Origin: a virus
Reading direction: 5' to 3' (one strand)
Virus record (IMG/VR): IMGVR_UViG_3300009551_000005
Location: 36,494-100,493 of that record
Length of the DNA stretch: 64,000 nucleotides
Within the stretch, counting starts at the first letter, position 1, and every line of letters starts with the position of its first letter. Under the pieces are notes generated by a model. It saw nothing but the letters and a program-made list of their open reading frames with translations, searched no databases and was not told where the DNA came from. A program made the position numbers and the translations under genes. Below are positions 9,858 through 18,907 of the stretch, one piece after another.

Positions 9858-10120
9858 CAGCGGGGGACGACATCGAGGACGCGCTGGAGGCGCTGGGCGG
9901 GGACAGGATCTTGCTCGCCTACGCCTTCGCGCAGTCCTGCGACCCGGACGACATGCTGAGGAAGATGAAGCGTCAGCACATCTACCTGTGTCGGTACATG
10001 CACGTGTCGCTCGAGCGCGTCGAGGACATGGATGCCGAGGAGATCCGCGACTACATGGAGGAGCTCTCCGAGGTCATCAAGCAGGAGACTCCCACGCCGG
10101 CGGGGCCCGGCTCGCAGTGA
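9821..10120 (+). CDS. -1 frameshift extension of the tail chaperone (GT-like, about 328 aa fused)
   Basis: T TTT TTC heptamer at 9821-9827; the -1 frame is open to 10120 and encodes YLCRYMHVSLERVEDMDAEE. Confidence 0.75.
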   Translation, partial: FFRALLRFQEGVAAGDDIEDALEALGGDRILLAYAFAQSCDPDDMLRKMKRQHIYLCRYMHVSLERVEDMDAEEIRDYMEELSEVIKQETPTPAGPGSQ

Positions 10121-10212
10121 GCTCCCAGCCCGCCGAAGGGGTGCACCTCTCCGGCGGGCCAGTTCCGGCATCCGCCCCGTGGGCGGTCTGACCGACAGCT
10201 CTCCTGATGCCG

Positions 10213-10236
10213 CCGTCGGTGATCGATCACCGACTG
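10213..10236. repeat. 24-bp palindrome copy 2 (1 mismatch), intergenic
   Basis: CCGTCGGTGATCGATCACCGACTG, ending 3 nt before the TAGCGT -10 of the tape measure gene. Confidence 0.95.
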
Positions 10237-10251
10237 TGGTAGCGTCACCAC

Positions 10252-12189
10252 ATGGCAGGCAGCGGCCCGTCGGCAGAAGTCAGGATCTCGCTTCAGGTCG
10301 AAGAGGCCAAGGCGCACGCCGCCATCGCGCGCACGAGCGCGATGTTCGGGAAGATCGCGCAGTCGGCGCAGCGCGCGCTGCACGGCGCCATGGAGGCGGT
10401 GTCGGGATTCGCTTCCACGATGTTCAAGGCCGCAGGGATCGCCGGGCTCGTCGGCGGCCTGGCAGGAGGTTTCGGCCTCGTCGAAGGCGCCATGGAGGCG
10501 GCGCGCGCGGCGGAGAGTCAGAAGAAGGCCATCGCTCAGACATTGGCCATCACGGACCAGAGCGGCGCGTCTTTCGCGCAGCTCAAGGTGAAGGCCGCCG
10601 GGCTCCGCGAGGAGTTCGTCGAGATGGGGATGAAGGCCGGAGTCATGGGCTCCGAGGTGGCCTCCATCTTCCAGGAGATCGCGGAGAGAAGCGGGCGGCC
10701 AACGTCTGCGGTGAAGGAGCTCACCGAGAAGATCGTGCAGGCCGGGCGCGTGGTCGGTGACACCGAGACCATCACGCGGGGCATGCGCATGCTCGAGATG
10801 GGCATGACGGGTGCGCGCAACCCGATCGTGGCGCTCATCCGGTCCACCGGTGTCCTCAAGGGTTCCATCCACGACGTCTCGCACGCGCTCTCGAAGATGA
10901 AGCCGGAGGACCAGCTCCGCGCCGGTGAGGAGGCCATCAACAAGCTCGCCGCCAAGGCGAAGGATCTGCCGCTCACGTTCGGGCAGATGGCCAATCAGCT
11001 CAAGCAGATGAAAGAGAACGTCCTCGAGAACATCGGGGGTCCTCTCATCAGCGGGATCATGCCGGCGCTCATGGAGGTCCAGAAGTGGATCGCTGGTCAC
11101 CGGCGCGAGATTGAGGCCTACGCGAAGGCGCTCGGGCAGAAGGTCGGCGAGTGGGTGAAGGCGGCTGCCAAGATGATGGGCGAGGCCTTCAAGTGGATCG
11201 ACACGCACTCGAAGGAGATCTCCGACGCCATTCAGGGCGCGGCGTCGGCGCTCAAGTCCGTCTTCAGCTTCATCATCGCGCACAAGGAGGTCATCGCCGG
11301 GATGTTCGCGGCGAAGGCGCTCGGCGGGTTGGTGGGAATGGGTGGTAAGGCCGGAGCCGCCGCCGCGGGTATCGGCATCTACAAGGAGATTCTCGAGGGC
11401 GTGAAGGATGCGGTCGACAAGGCCTTCGTCCACAAGGAGACGAAGCACGAGGCGGCTGGCGCGAACATGAACGCTGGCATGGACGCCATCCAGCAGATGT
11501 ACAAGGCCAAGAACCTCCAGGGGCTCCTCGACTACCAGAAGCAGTTCGTCGAGTACGCGGAGCAGTGGGACGGCGAGAAGGGCAAGAAGGCCGCCACGAA
11601 GTTCATCGACAAGTACATCAACGCGCTGTGGGACGAGCAGTCTCGCCAGTCCGACCGGATGCACGATCTCGCGATGAAAGCCGACGACGGCCGGCGGACC
11701 ATCCAGGACACGCTCATCGAGATCGGCAAGGCGAAGGACTCCTACGGGAAAAACTTCATGGGACCGACACCGGACTTCGAGGGGCAGTCGAACGAGCAGG
11801 GCGCTTACATCGCGAAGATCTACAACGACGCCATCACAGCGCAGGACCAGGGCATGCAGATGCAGGCCGCGATCCTCCTTCGCTCGAGCGACATGGCGCG
11901 CCAGGCGCTCATCAACTCCGGCGTGGAGATCTCCGAGGGCATCGACAAGCTCGCGGCCATGGTCGGAGGCTCTGCGGGCGAAGCGCTCAAGAAGCTCTTC
12001 ACGGATCGCCAGGCGTCGCTCAACAAGCCGACGATGACGCAGAACTTCAGCGGCGGCCAAACGTTCCACATCACGCAGGACTTCAGGAAGGCGGACCCCG
12101 ACAACGTGGCGATCGTCACGCGGAAGGACACCTTCAAGCGGGCGTTCGCGCGCGGCTTCGCGAAGACCGCCATCTTCCAGGGCAGCTAG
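10252..12189 (+). CDS. Tape measure protein
   Basis: 645 aa Ala/Gly-rich helical protein after the chaperones. Confidence 0.85.
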   Translation: MAGSGPSAEVRISLQVEEAKAHAAIARTSAMFGKIAQSAQRALHGAMEAVSGFASTMFKAAGIAGLVGGLAGGFGLVEGAMEAARAAESQKKAIAQTLAITDQSGASFAQLKVKAAGLREEFVEMGMKAGVMGSEVASIFQEIAERSGRPTSAVKELTEKIVQAGRVVGDTETITRGMRMLEMGMTGARNPIVALIRSTGVLKGSIHDVSHALSKMKPEDQLRAGEEAINKLAAKAKDLPLTFGQMANQLKQMKENVLENIGGPLISGIMPALMEVQKWIAGHRREIEAYAKALGQKVGEWVKAAAKMMGEAFKWIDTHSKEISDAIQGAASALKSVFSFIIAHKEVIAGMFAAKALGGLVGMGGKAGAAAAGIGIYKEILEGVKDAVDKAFVHKETKHEAAGANMNAGMDAIQQMYKAKNLQGLLDYQKQFVEYAEQWDGEKGKKAATKFIDKYINALWDEQSRQSDRMHDLAMKADDGRRTIQDTLIEIGKAKDSYGKNFMGPTPDFEGQSNEQGAYIAKIYNDAITAQDQGMQMQAAILLRSSDMARQALINSGVEISEGIDKLAAMVGGSAGEALKKLFTDRQASLNKPTMTQNFSGGQTFHITQDFRKADPDNVAIVTRKDTFKRAFARGFAKTAIFQGS

Positions 12190-12235
12190 CGGAGTCGGAC
12201 GGGCCTTGATACCGTCCGGGTCATAGGAGAAGACG

Positions 12236-12391
12236 ATGGCGTTCCCCGACAAGAGCAAGAACGGCAAGGGCGGAAGCAAGGACGCGAGCGAGAGCCCGGA
12301 CGCGAGCGAGTCGGAGTCCAGCTCTTCTTCGGAGTCGGCGGAGAGCGAGAGCTCGCCGCTCGAGAAGTGGGCCAAGGCCCAGAAGAAGTGA
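12236..12391 (+). CDS. 51-aa Ser/Glu-rich peptide (not in the ORF track)
   Basis: AGGAGA RBS, TGATACCGT promoter-like site; MAFPDKSKNGKGG...SPLEKWAKAQKK. Confidence 0.65.
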   Translation: MAFPDKSKNGKGGSKDASESPDASESESSSSSESAESESSPLEKWAKAQKK

Positions 12392-12423
12392 CGCGCTCGC
12401 GCGCCGGCGCGGAGGTGTAACCC

Positions 12424-13725
12424 GTGGCCAGCGCGAGCTCCACGATCCTCATTGAGGAGATCACCAGCCAGCCTGGCCAGGTGCGTCGTTCGATCCTTCT
12501 CTCCGGTCCCACGCTCCCCTTCATGGGGCCGGAGTGGGGCTCGGAGCGGAACGAGAAGATCACCTGGTACCCCGGCAACAGCCAGGCGACCTGGCAGCTC
12601 ATCGGGCCCAAGGCGGTGCCCATGCAGTGGCAGGGTCACTGGAGCCGCCAGCAGATGGGGAGCCGGCCGGCGATCTTCCACGACGTCGACGGCACGCCGC
12701 AGGACATCGTCGACCCGTCCATCCTCCGCGAGAAGATGGAACAGATCTCGCTCGGCGGGCGCATCGTCCGGGTGACGTGGACGGTGCAGCAGGCCGGCGG
12801 GCAGCTCTCCGCCGCGCAGCAACGCGCGCTCGGGCAGGGCACTTCCCCGCAATCGCAGGGCTCCATCGTCCGCGAAGGCAGCCTCACGAAGTTCTCGGTG
12901 AAGCCCGAGACGTGGGACGACATGCCGTGGGAAGCGACGTTCAACTGGACGAACTTCGGCACGCGTCAGGCCCCTGCGAAGGCGTCGCGCGCGCCGTCGC
13001 TCGGGAGCTCCGCCGGCAAGATCAAGGCGTCGACCTCGCAGCTCAAGAACCTCTCGACGGGCACGCCGGTCGTGGCCTCCAACCCGTCGGTCCTGAACAG
13101 CGCGAGCTTCGTCACGCTCGGACAGCTCGAGAGCTTCCCCTTCGCGCTCGAGGCGGCGCTGGCGGCCACGGTGTCTACGGTCGTAGGTCTTGCGGATCGA
13201 CTCTCCTCCGCCGCACTGGTTGGTCAGCAGGTGGCCGTGGTGCCCCTCGCGGTGCAGCAGGACTCCGTCGCGGCTGCGCGTCTCGCGGTGACGGAAGCGC
13301 TCCTCCTCGAGGACCAGCTCGGGCAGACGCCTTGGGAGCTCCAGACGCTCGGGCAGGAGGTGAAGGACATCCTCGCCGCCATCCAGCGCTACCAACCGAT
13401 TCATGAGGAGCTCGAACAGCTCGCGCTCCTCGCCGCGGAGATGCGCGACGAGCTCCAGGCGCAGCTCTCGACGCCTCCGCTCAGTGGTCGCCGCTCCGCG
13501 CTCGGGCAGGGCGGTGGAGGTGTGACGGGCGCTGTTCTCGGCTTCTACGTGGTGAAGGCGGGCGACACGCCGGAGACCATCGCGCGCGCGTGGTACGGCG
13601 ATGACACGCTCTCCACCGAGATCCTCAACGTGAACGGTCTGCCGTGGCACATCGTCACGCTGCCGCCGGGTCTCCGCCTCCTCATCCCGCGGGTGAAGGG
13701 TTCAGGCGTCACGAAGAGCATCTGA
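12424..13725 (+). CDS. Tail tube initiator/baseplate protein with C-terminal LysM (gpX-like) domain
   Basis: YVVKAGDTPETIARAWYGD...ILNVNG LysM motif; follows the tape measure. Confidence 0.75.
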   Translation: MASASSTILIEEITSQPGQVRRSILLSGPTLPFMGPEWGSERNEKITWYPGNSQATWQLIGPKAVPMQWQGHWSRQQMGSRPAIFHDVDGTPQDIVDPSILREKMEQISLGGRIVRVTWTVQQAGGQLSAAQQRALGQGTSPQSQGSIVREGSLTKFSVKPETWDDMPWEATFNWTNFGTRQAPAKASRAPSLGSSAGKIKASTSQLKNLSTGTPVVASNPSVLNSASFVTLGQLESFPFALEAALAATVSTVVGLADRLSSAALVGQQVAVVPLAVQQDSVAAARLAVTEALLLEDQLGQTPWELQTLGQEVKDILAAIQRYQPIHEELEQLALLAAEMRDELQAQLSTPPLSGRRSALGQGGGGVTGAVLGFYVVKAGDTPETIARAWYGDDTLSTEILNVNGLPWHIVTLPPGLRLLIPRVKGSGVTKSI

Positions 13726-13737
13726 TAGATTCCGCGC

Positions 13738-14082
13738 GTGGCAATCGTCGTCGCCCTCGTCGTCGCGCTCTCTGCCTCGCTCGCGGCGAACGTGGTTCAA
13801 GCAGTGAGGCTTCGGCGCGCGAAGCGCCAGGAAGAGAAGATCATGGCAGCCATCGACGTCCTCACCGCGCAGGTCACCGAAAACGTCACCGTGGACGGGA
13901 GCGCGATCCAGCTCCTCAACAACATCGCGGCGCAGATCCAGGCGGCCAAGAGCAGCGAAGCAGCACTCGAGGCTCTCGCTGCGCAGCTCAAGTCGAGCGC
14001 CACCGCGCTCGCTGCGGCGGTCACCGCGAACACGCCGGCGGCACCTCCGGCGAGCCCTCCGCCTCCCCCGCCTGCGCCCTGA
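13738..14082 (+). CDS. Membrane-anchored coiled-coil protein
   Basis: N-terminal hydrophobic helix; TGATAGATT-N6-GTG; possible second start at ATG 13843. Confidence 0.6.
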   Translation: MAIVVALVVALSASLAANVVQAVRLRRAKRQEEKIMAAIDVLTAQVTENVTVDGSAIQLLNNIAAQIQAAKSSEAALEALAAQLKSSATALAAAVTANTPAAPPASPPPPPPAP

Positions 14083-14108
14083 GCACGGCGCAGCGGTAGG
14101 CTGCTCCC

Positions 14109-15971
14109 GTGTACCTCATCCCCTCCTGCAAGGTGCGCCTGGCCATCCGCTTCGACGAGATGGGGGCGCACCGTGACCTGAAGACCAAGGCCGACGCTCA
14201 GAACGCCACCGCCACCACCAAGAACCTCTCCGGCGTGAAGGTGGAACGCGGTGACCTGAAGCTCGTGCAGGACGGGGATGCGCCGCCGGGCGTGTCGCGT
14301 CTCATCCTTCTTTCGTCGAGCAGCGTCTCGCAGATCCAGTCGAACCAGCCGAACGCGCTCCAGCAGGACAAGGGCGGGTTCCTGCGCATCGCCAACAGCA
14401 TCCCTCAGCGATCGCAGGACAAGCTCACGTACGACGTCCTCCTCATCCCGACTGAGGCGACGTGGAAGAAGAACGGCATCCGCGAAGCCGACCACCTCAC
14501 GGTGAAGTTCCCCTACTCGCAGTTCCCCTTCGACCCACGCCTCGTTCGCTCCGTCGCGATGGAGCTCATCATGGGGTGCGTGAAGCCGGAGGACTACGAG
14601 GCCGGCGTGAATGGGGAGTACCGCACGCTGCCCGATGGCTCTCAGGAGCTCCGGTCTGTCGTGCCCGACACGTACACCGACAACCAGGGAAGGCCGCGCA
14701 CCAACACACGCTTCCAGGGCTTTTGCGACACGTGGGAGAACGAGTGGCCGACCGACGGAGAGCCGATGGTCACGCTCGAGGGGCGCGACAACACGCAGCT
14801 CATCATCGACCAGACGGTCTCGCCGCGGCTCGTCGTCGACATGAACAAGCCGATTCACGAGGCCGTGGCGCAGTACCTCTCGCACTTCCCGCAGTGCGAG
14901 GGGCTCAGCGTGGAGTACCTACCGCCGGGGGAGACGCCGCCGGTGCTCAGCAAAGTGCTCGCGAACACCGCGTTCCGTCCGCAGCTCGGACCGCAGCCCT
15001 CGAAGGGCGGTCAGGATCTCAAGGCGTGGGACTACCTCACGGACATCGTAGGCGCCGTCGGTCACTCCATCCGCCTCGACGGCACGCGGGTCATCATCCA
15101 GCGCGTGCGGAGCTTCATGACCTCCGCGTCGGTGCGCCGGCCGGACGATCCGTACACCGGAAGAACTGGGCCCGCGGGTGAGCGCCTCGAGTGGCGGCGT
15201 TTCCTCTGGGGCAGGAACATCGCGAGCCTCAAGACCAAGCGCACGTTCACGCCCACGCGCTCGCCGGTGAACATCGAGGTCCGCATCTACAACCATGCGA
15301 CGAAGCAGCTCATCGTCGGGCGGTTCCCCGAAGACCACGACCGCCAGGTGTACGCGATCCCGGGTGACGCTTCTCCTGACCAGAAGTGGGAGGTGCGTCG
15401 CATCGGCTACGCAGGGATCAAAGACGCGAAGACCGCGAAGCTCATCGCGCAAGAGCTCTATGAAAGCCAGGGAAGGAACGAGCTCGAGGTGGAGCTCCAC
15501 ACCGACGATCTCGCGAGCTACGCGGGAAGTGACGATGACCCGGACATCCTCGACGCCACCGCCGGCGACACCATCGAGGTCATGACCGCGGAGGCCGCGG
15601 CGGACGAGAGAGACAACGAACAGGTCACGCTCGCTGGCGTTCTCGCGAGCTCCTCGCGCGCACGGCAGCACATCAAGAACCTCGGCTTCACCGACGAGTT
15701 CGCGGACGCGTTCGCACAGGCGAGCGCCAACAGCGCCTTCGTTCAGCAGTTCCGGCTGAAGGAGCTCGAGTCGAAGTGGACGATCGGCGACGGTGGCGGA
15801 GGAGGCATCGAGCTCACGGTCGCCGGCACGAACTACCAAGAGGTCAGGAGCGACAAGGTGGGTCTCGACGAACCGGACAACAACCCCGGTCTGCCGCCGC
15901 TCCCCGGTCCTAACGCTGGCCCGCCCGCGAACCTGCCCGCGCCTTCCGGCTCGCCTTCCGGTTGGATCTAG
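14109..15971 (+). CDS. Baseplate hub protein (gpD/gp27-like)
   Basis: 620 aa; VTLEGRDNTQLIID motif; between the LysM gene and the spike. Confidence 0.7.
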   Translation: MYLIPSCKVRLAIRFDEMGAHRDLKTKADAQNATATTKNLSGVKVERGDLKLVQDGDAPPGVSRLILLSSSSVSQIQSNQPNALQQDKGGFLRIANSIPQRSQDKLTYDVLLIPTEATWKKNGIREADHLTVKFPYSQFPFDPRLVRSVAMELIMGCVKPEDYEAGVNGEYRTLPDGSQELRSVVPDTYTDNQGRPRTNTRFQGFCDTWENEWPTDGEPMVTLEGRDNTQLIIDQTVSPRLVVDMNKPIHEAVAQYLSHFPQCEGLSVEYLPPGETPPVLSKVLANTAFRPQLGPQPSKGGQDLKAWDYLTDIVGAVGHSIRLDGTRVIIQRVRSFMTSASVRRPDDPYTGRTGPAGERLEWRRFLWGRNIASLKTKRTFTPTRSPVNIEVRIYNHATKQLIVGRFPEDHDRQVYAIPGDASPDQKWEVRRIGYAGIKDAKTAKLIAQELYESQGRNELEVELHTDDLASYAGSDDDPDILDATAGDTIEVMTAEAAADERDNEQVTLAGVLASSSRARQHIKNLGFTDEFADAFAQASANSAFVQQFRLKELESKWTIGDGGGGGIELTVAGTNYQEVRSDKVGLDEPDNNPGLPPLPGPNAGPPANLPAPSGSPSGWI

Positions 15972-16137
15972 CCTTCCTGCAGCTTTTAGGGCTGCGGCTC
16001 AGTGCGTGTAGGCTCCCGGGGTTGTTGGACCGTCCTGCCCGAGGTCGTAGCACGCAGAATCGACCGCGCCACCAGCTCTTCGTATTGGACGAAGCCACTC
16101 GCGCTCCCAACCTCGGACCGTCCGCAATCTTTCTCCG

Positions 16138-16161
16138 CCGTCGGTGATCGATCACCGACGG
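16138..16161. repeat. 24-bp palindrome copy 3 (perfect), intergenic
   Basis: Ends 3 nt before the TAGCGT -10 of the spike gene. Confidence 0.97.
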
Positions 16162-16177
16162 TGCTAGCGTCACCGGC

Positions 16178-17140
16178 ATGGGACACAACGACGGGAGGGA
16201 CCACGCCCCGATCCCGATGCCCGGCGGCGACACGCGCGAGTGGGGGTGCTTCGGCATCGTGCAGCCGGCAACGTCAGGCTCCGGCGCGTCCATCCGCTTC
16301 TACGACGATGACGGCAACCCGCTGCCCGAGGGATACCTCGTCGACGTGAAGCTCATGCCCTCGGGCACGATCGTCCCGTGCCTCGTCGCGTCCTTTCTCG
16401 CGGGCCAAGGCGAGGCGTGCTTCTTCCCGTTCAACGCCGGTGACGAGGTCTACGTGATGGTGCCCGAAGGCGACGAGCGCGCGGGCTGCACGATCGTCGG
16501 ACGGTGCAACCAGGCGCTCGACGTCTTCCCGCTCCAGGTCGCGGGGCAAGACGTCACGCAGAACAACTTTGGCTTCGTGCGCATGCGCACTCCGTTCATC
16601 GTCGAGACCGCGAGCTCACTTCTTCTACGGCACTCCGTCTCCGGTGCGTTTCTCGCGTTCGATCTCTCCGGCGCGCTCACCATGGCACCCGGTGACGGAG
16701 GAAGCCTTCATCTCGGCCCAGACTTCCTCGGCTTCCAGACGCTCGACAGCTCGGGCAGCGTGCAAGTGGTTCCCGCGAACGGATCGCAGGGCAATCAGGT
16801 GCAGATGAACGCTGACGCTACGAGCTTCCTTCTCGACGGCTCTGCGAGTCAGCTCCTCACGACGGGCACGCTCACGCTCGCGACCGCGGGCAACCAGTTC
16901 TGCGGGCACGCGCTCACCGTGGAGCAGTTCCTCACCATCATGCAGGGGATCGTCATCCCGCCGACAGGTCTCACCGGACCGACCATGTGGGCCGCTCTTG
17001 CGGCGGCCATCACCGCGGGCAACGCGACACCCCTCGACACCACGGTCATCACGCCGGCGCTCACGTTGGCCCTCACCACGCCAGGGACTCCCGCGCCGGG
17101 CACGTTCGGAGTGGCCTGCCCGGGACTCCTCATCGGCTGA
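16178..17140 (+). CDS. Baseplate spike protein (gpV/gp5-like)
   Basis: OB-fold-like FFPFNAGDEVYVMVPEGD followed by beta-repeat segments. Confidence 0.7.
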   Translation: MGHNDGRDHAPIPMPGGDTREWGCFGIVQPATSGSGASIRFYDDDGNPLPEGYLVDVKLMPSGTIVPCLVASFLAGQGEACFFPFNAGDEVYVMVPEGDERAGCTIVGRCNQALDVFPLQVAGQDVTQNNFGFVRMRTPFIVETASSLLLRHSVSGAFLAFDLSGALTMAPGDGGSLHLGPDFLGFQTLDSSGSVQVVPANGSQGNQVQMNADATSFLLDGSASQLLTTGTLTLATAGNQFCGHALTVEQFLTIMQGIVIPPTGLTGPTMWAALAAAITAGNATPLDTTVITPALTLALTTPGTPAPGTFGVACPGLLIG

Positions 17141-17175
17141 GAATCCTTGGGCGGCGCGGGAAAGTGCCACCCGCG

Positions 17176-17252
17176 GTGAAAAACCTGTTGCGCTATAGCG
17201 CAGGTGGTTTATAGTTTCCCTTATGAGCGGCGCTGAGGGCGCGAAAGGGGAA
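17176..17252 (+). promoter_or_regulatory. Sigma70-type promoter cassette copy A with a palindromic operator
   Basis: TTGCGC(17188)-N16-TATAGT(17210); A-tract UP element; TGCGCTATAGCGCA palindrome over the -35; near-identical copy at 35.9 kb. Confidence 0.8.
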
Positions 17253-17258
17253 ACGACG

Positions 17259-17477
17259 ATGCAATTCGAAAAGTTCGCGGTGTGGGCTGACGTTTTCGGC
17301 TACCTGGCGATGGGCGCGACTCTTCACTACCAGGCACCCATGGATGCGCGTCCGCGCCGCGTGCGCATCGTCCGCATCTTCAAGAACGCCAAGCTCCGCA
17401 TCGAAGCTGGCGACCTTTCCTTCACCGCCGACGAGGGTCATCTCTCGCGCTTCCGGCGAGAAGTCATCGCCGCCTGA
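17259..17477 (+). CDS. Hypothetical protein (accessory island)
   Basis: AAAGGGG RBS before ATG 17259. Confidence 0.7.
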   Translation: MQFEKFAVWADVFGYLAMGATLHYQAPMDARPRRVRIVRIFKNAKLRIEAGDLSFTADEGHLSRFRREVIAA

Positions 17478-17539
17478 TTCGGTCTCTCCGACCCGGCTTC
17501 GGCCGGCTCAGAGCGAACGAAACGAAAGGGGAACGACCG

Positions 17540-17914
17540 ATGACGTACCTGGATCTGGTGCAGGCTTTGGAGCTTAAGAACGAGCAGCACATGGTGCTCT
17601 GCGAGATGGCGATGCAGATCGACCGTCTCGAGCGCAACGTTCGCGAGGGCTCGAAGGAGTTCGCGGAGAAGGTCTCGAATTGGCAGAAGCGCATCGAGAG
17701 CGACGACATCATCCACAACACGTTCAGCTACCCGAACATGCTGCTGGAGATCACGAAGGACCAGACGGCGCTCGGAGCGCTTTTTCACTCCTTCCGCATC
17801 ACCTTCAAGGTCATCACTGGGATGACGCTCGAGAAGGCGCAAGAGGAGCTCGTGGAAGCGGAAGGCGAAGGCGTGCCGAGCATCTCCAAGGCCGGCAGGA
17901 GCACTCCGCGATGA
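17540..17914 (+). CDS. Hypothetical protein
   Basis: AAAGGGG RBS; ATGA-coupled to the next gene. Confidence 0.7.
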   Translation: MTYLDLVQALELKNEQHMVLCEMAMQIDRLERNVREGSKEFAEKVSNWQKRIESDDIIHNTFSYPNMLLEITKDQTALGALFHSFRITFKVITGMTLEKAQEELVEAEGEGVPSISKAGRSTPR

Positions 17915-18102
17915 AGCGCACCATCACGCCGCCGCGCGGTACCGCTTCAACGCTTCCCCCCGTTCCGCGTCTCTCGAGCGCAGCCACGCTGCCGACGGTG
18001 CCCGTTCCGCCACCGTCACCGCCCAATTCCTACTGCATCTGGTGCGAGAAGCCCTCGCACGAGTGTTCGTGTGACGGCAACGGAGTCGACCACTGGAGAT
18101 GA
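17911..18102 (+). CDS. Small Pro-rich protein with CxxC
   Basis: ATGA overlaps at both ends. Confidence 0.55.
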   Translation: MKRTITPPRGTASTLPPVPRLSSAATLPTVPVPPPSPPNSYCIWCEKPSHECSCDGNGVDHWR

Positions 18103-18386
18103 CCATGGACCAGAAGATTCAGGACAAGAAGGAAGCGATCTTCAACGTCTACCTCGCGGCTTACGTCTCGACGGTGTTCAACGAGAAACCCGCACCAAAA
18201 GTGAGTCCGCAACTCACCGCCGTCGAGCACGCGACTGCGAGCGCGATGGGCGTGAACCACGGACTGAACGCGAAGGACTGCGCACCGCGCGCTCTCTCCG
18301 ACTTCTGGCAGCTCTTCGAGCAGAAGCTCGGGCGGACGACGCCTGCGGTGGGGACGGAGGCTCTCGTGCCCAAGGACGTGTCATGA
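18099..18386 (+). CDS. Hypothetical protein
   Basis: ATGA-coupled chain. Confidence 0.6.
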   Translation: MTMDQKIQDKKEAIFNVYLAAYVSTVFNEKPAPKVSPQLTAVEHATASAMGVNHGLNAKDCAPRALSDFWQLFEQKLGRTTPAVGTEALVPKDVS

Positions 18387-18577
18387 AGTTCCACGTCTAC
18401 ATCGCGCGTGGTCCCAACGCCGCGTCGACGATGATCGAAGCATCAGACTCCAAGGACGCTCTCAAACAAGCGGCGACTCTTTGGGATGAGCAGCGCGAGA
18501 ACATCAACGTGCACTCCGTGAAGAACTGCACGGAGATGGGTTGCGGCGAGGGCTACGAGAAACGGAGGTTTGCATGA
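18383..18577 (+). CDS. Hypothetical protein (MKFHVY...)
   Basis: ATGA-coupled chain. Confidence 0.55.
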   Translation: MKFHVYIARGPNAASTMIEASDSKDALKQAATLWDEQRENINVHSVKNCTEMGCGEGYEKRRFA

Positions 18578-18891
18578 GCGTCATCGGGATTCCCAAGAGC
18601 ATGAAGCACTTCCTCATCCGCGACGGGAAACGTCACAAGCTCACGCTCGACTTCCCCGAAGCTTCTTTCGCGCGCGTCGCCGACGAGAAGTGCCCGCATT
18701 GCGGCTCCGAGCAATTCGGCGTCGCGGGCACCGGCAAGCGGCCGAGCAAGGACGATCGCGCGTGGGAGGCTGACGCGGTCAGCACGTGCTGCAAGAAACC
18801 CGTCGGCACGATCCGAGTCGAGACGGGCACGCTCTTCGGCGTGCGCGAAGACGCGGAGGTTCTCTCCGGCCGTTACGGGCGCGTCTACTGA
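18574..18891 (+). CDS. Zinc-ribbon hypothetical protein
   Basis: CPHC...CC; GGAGG RBS. Confidence 0.6.
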   Translation: MSVIGIPKSMKHFLIRDGKRHKLTLDFPEASFARVADEKCPHCGSEQFGVAGTGKRPSKDDRAWEADAVSTCCKKPVGTIRVETGTLFGVREDAEVLSGRYGRVY

Positions 18892-18907
18892 CTGCTACCT
18901 TCCCGGC

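Noticed and set aside
10051-13650. 1199-aa minus-strand ORF and other long antisense ORFs (e.g. 23486-25837, 40929-43028, 46656-48404)
   Set aside because: Shadow ORFs of GC-rich plus-strand genes; Arg/Leu/His-rich with no motifs or start signals
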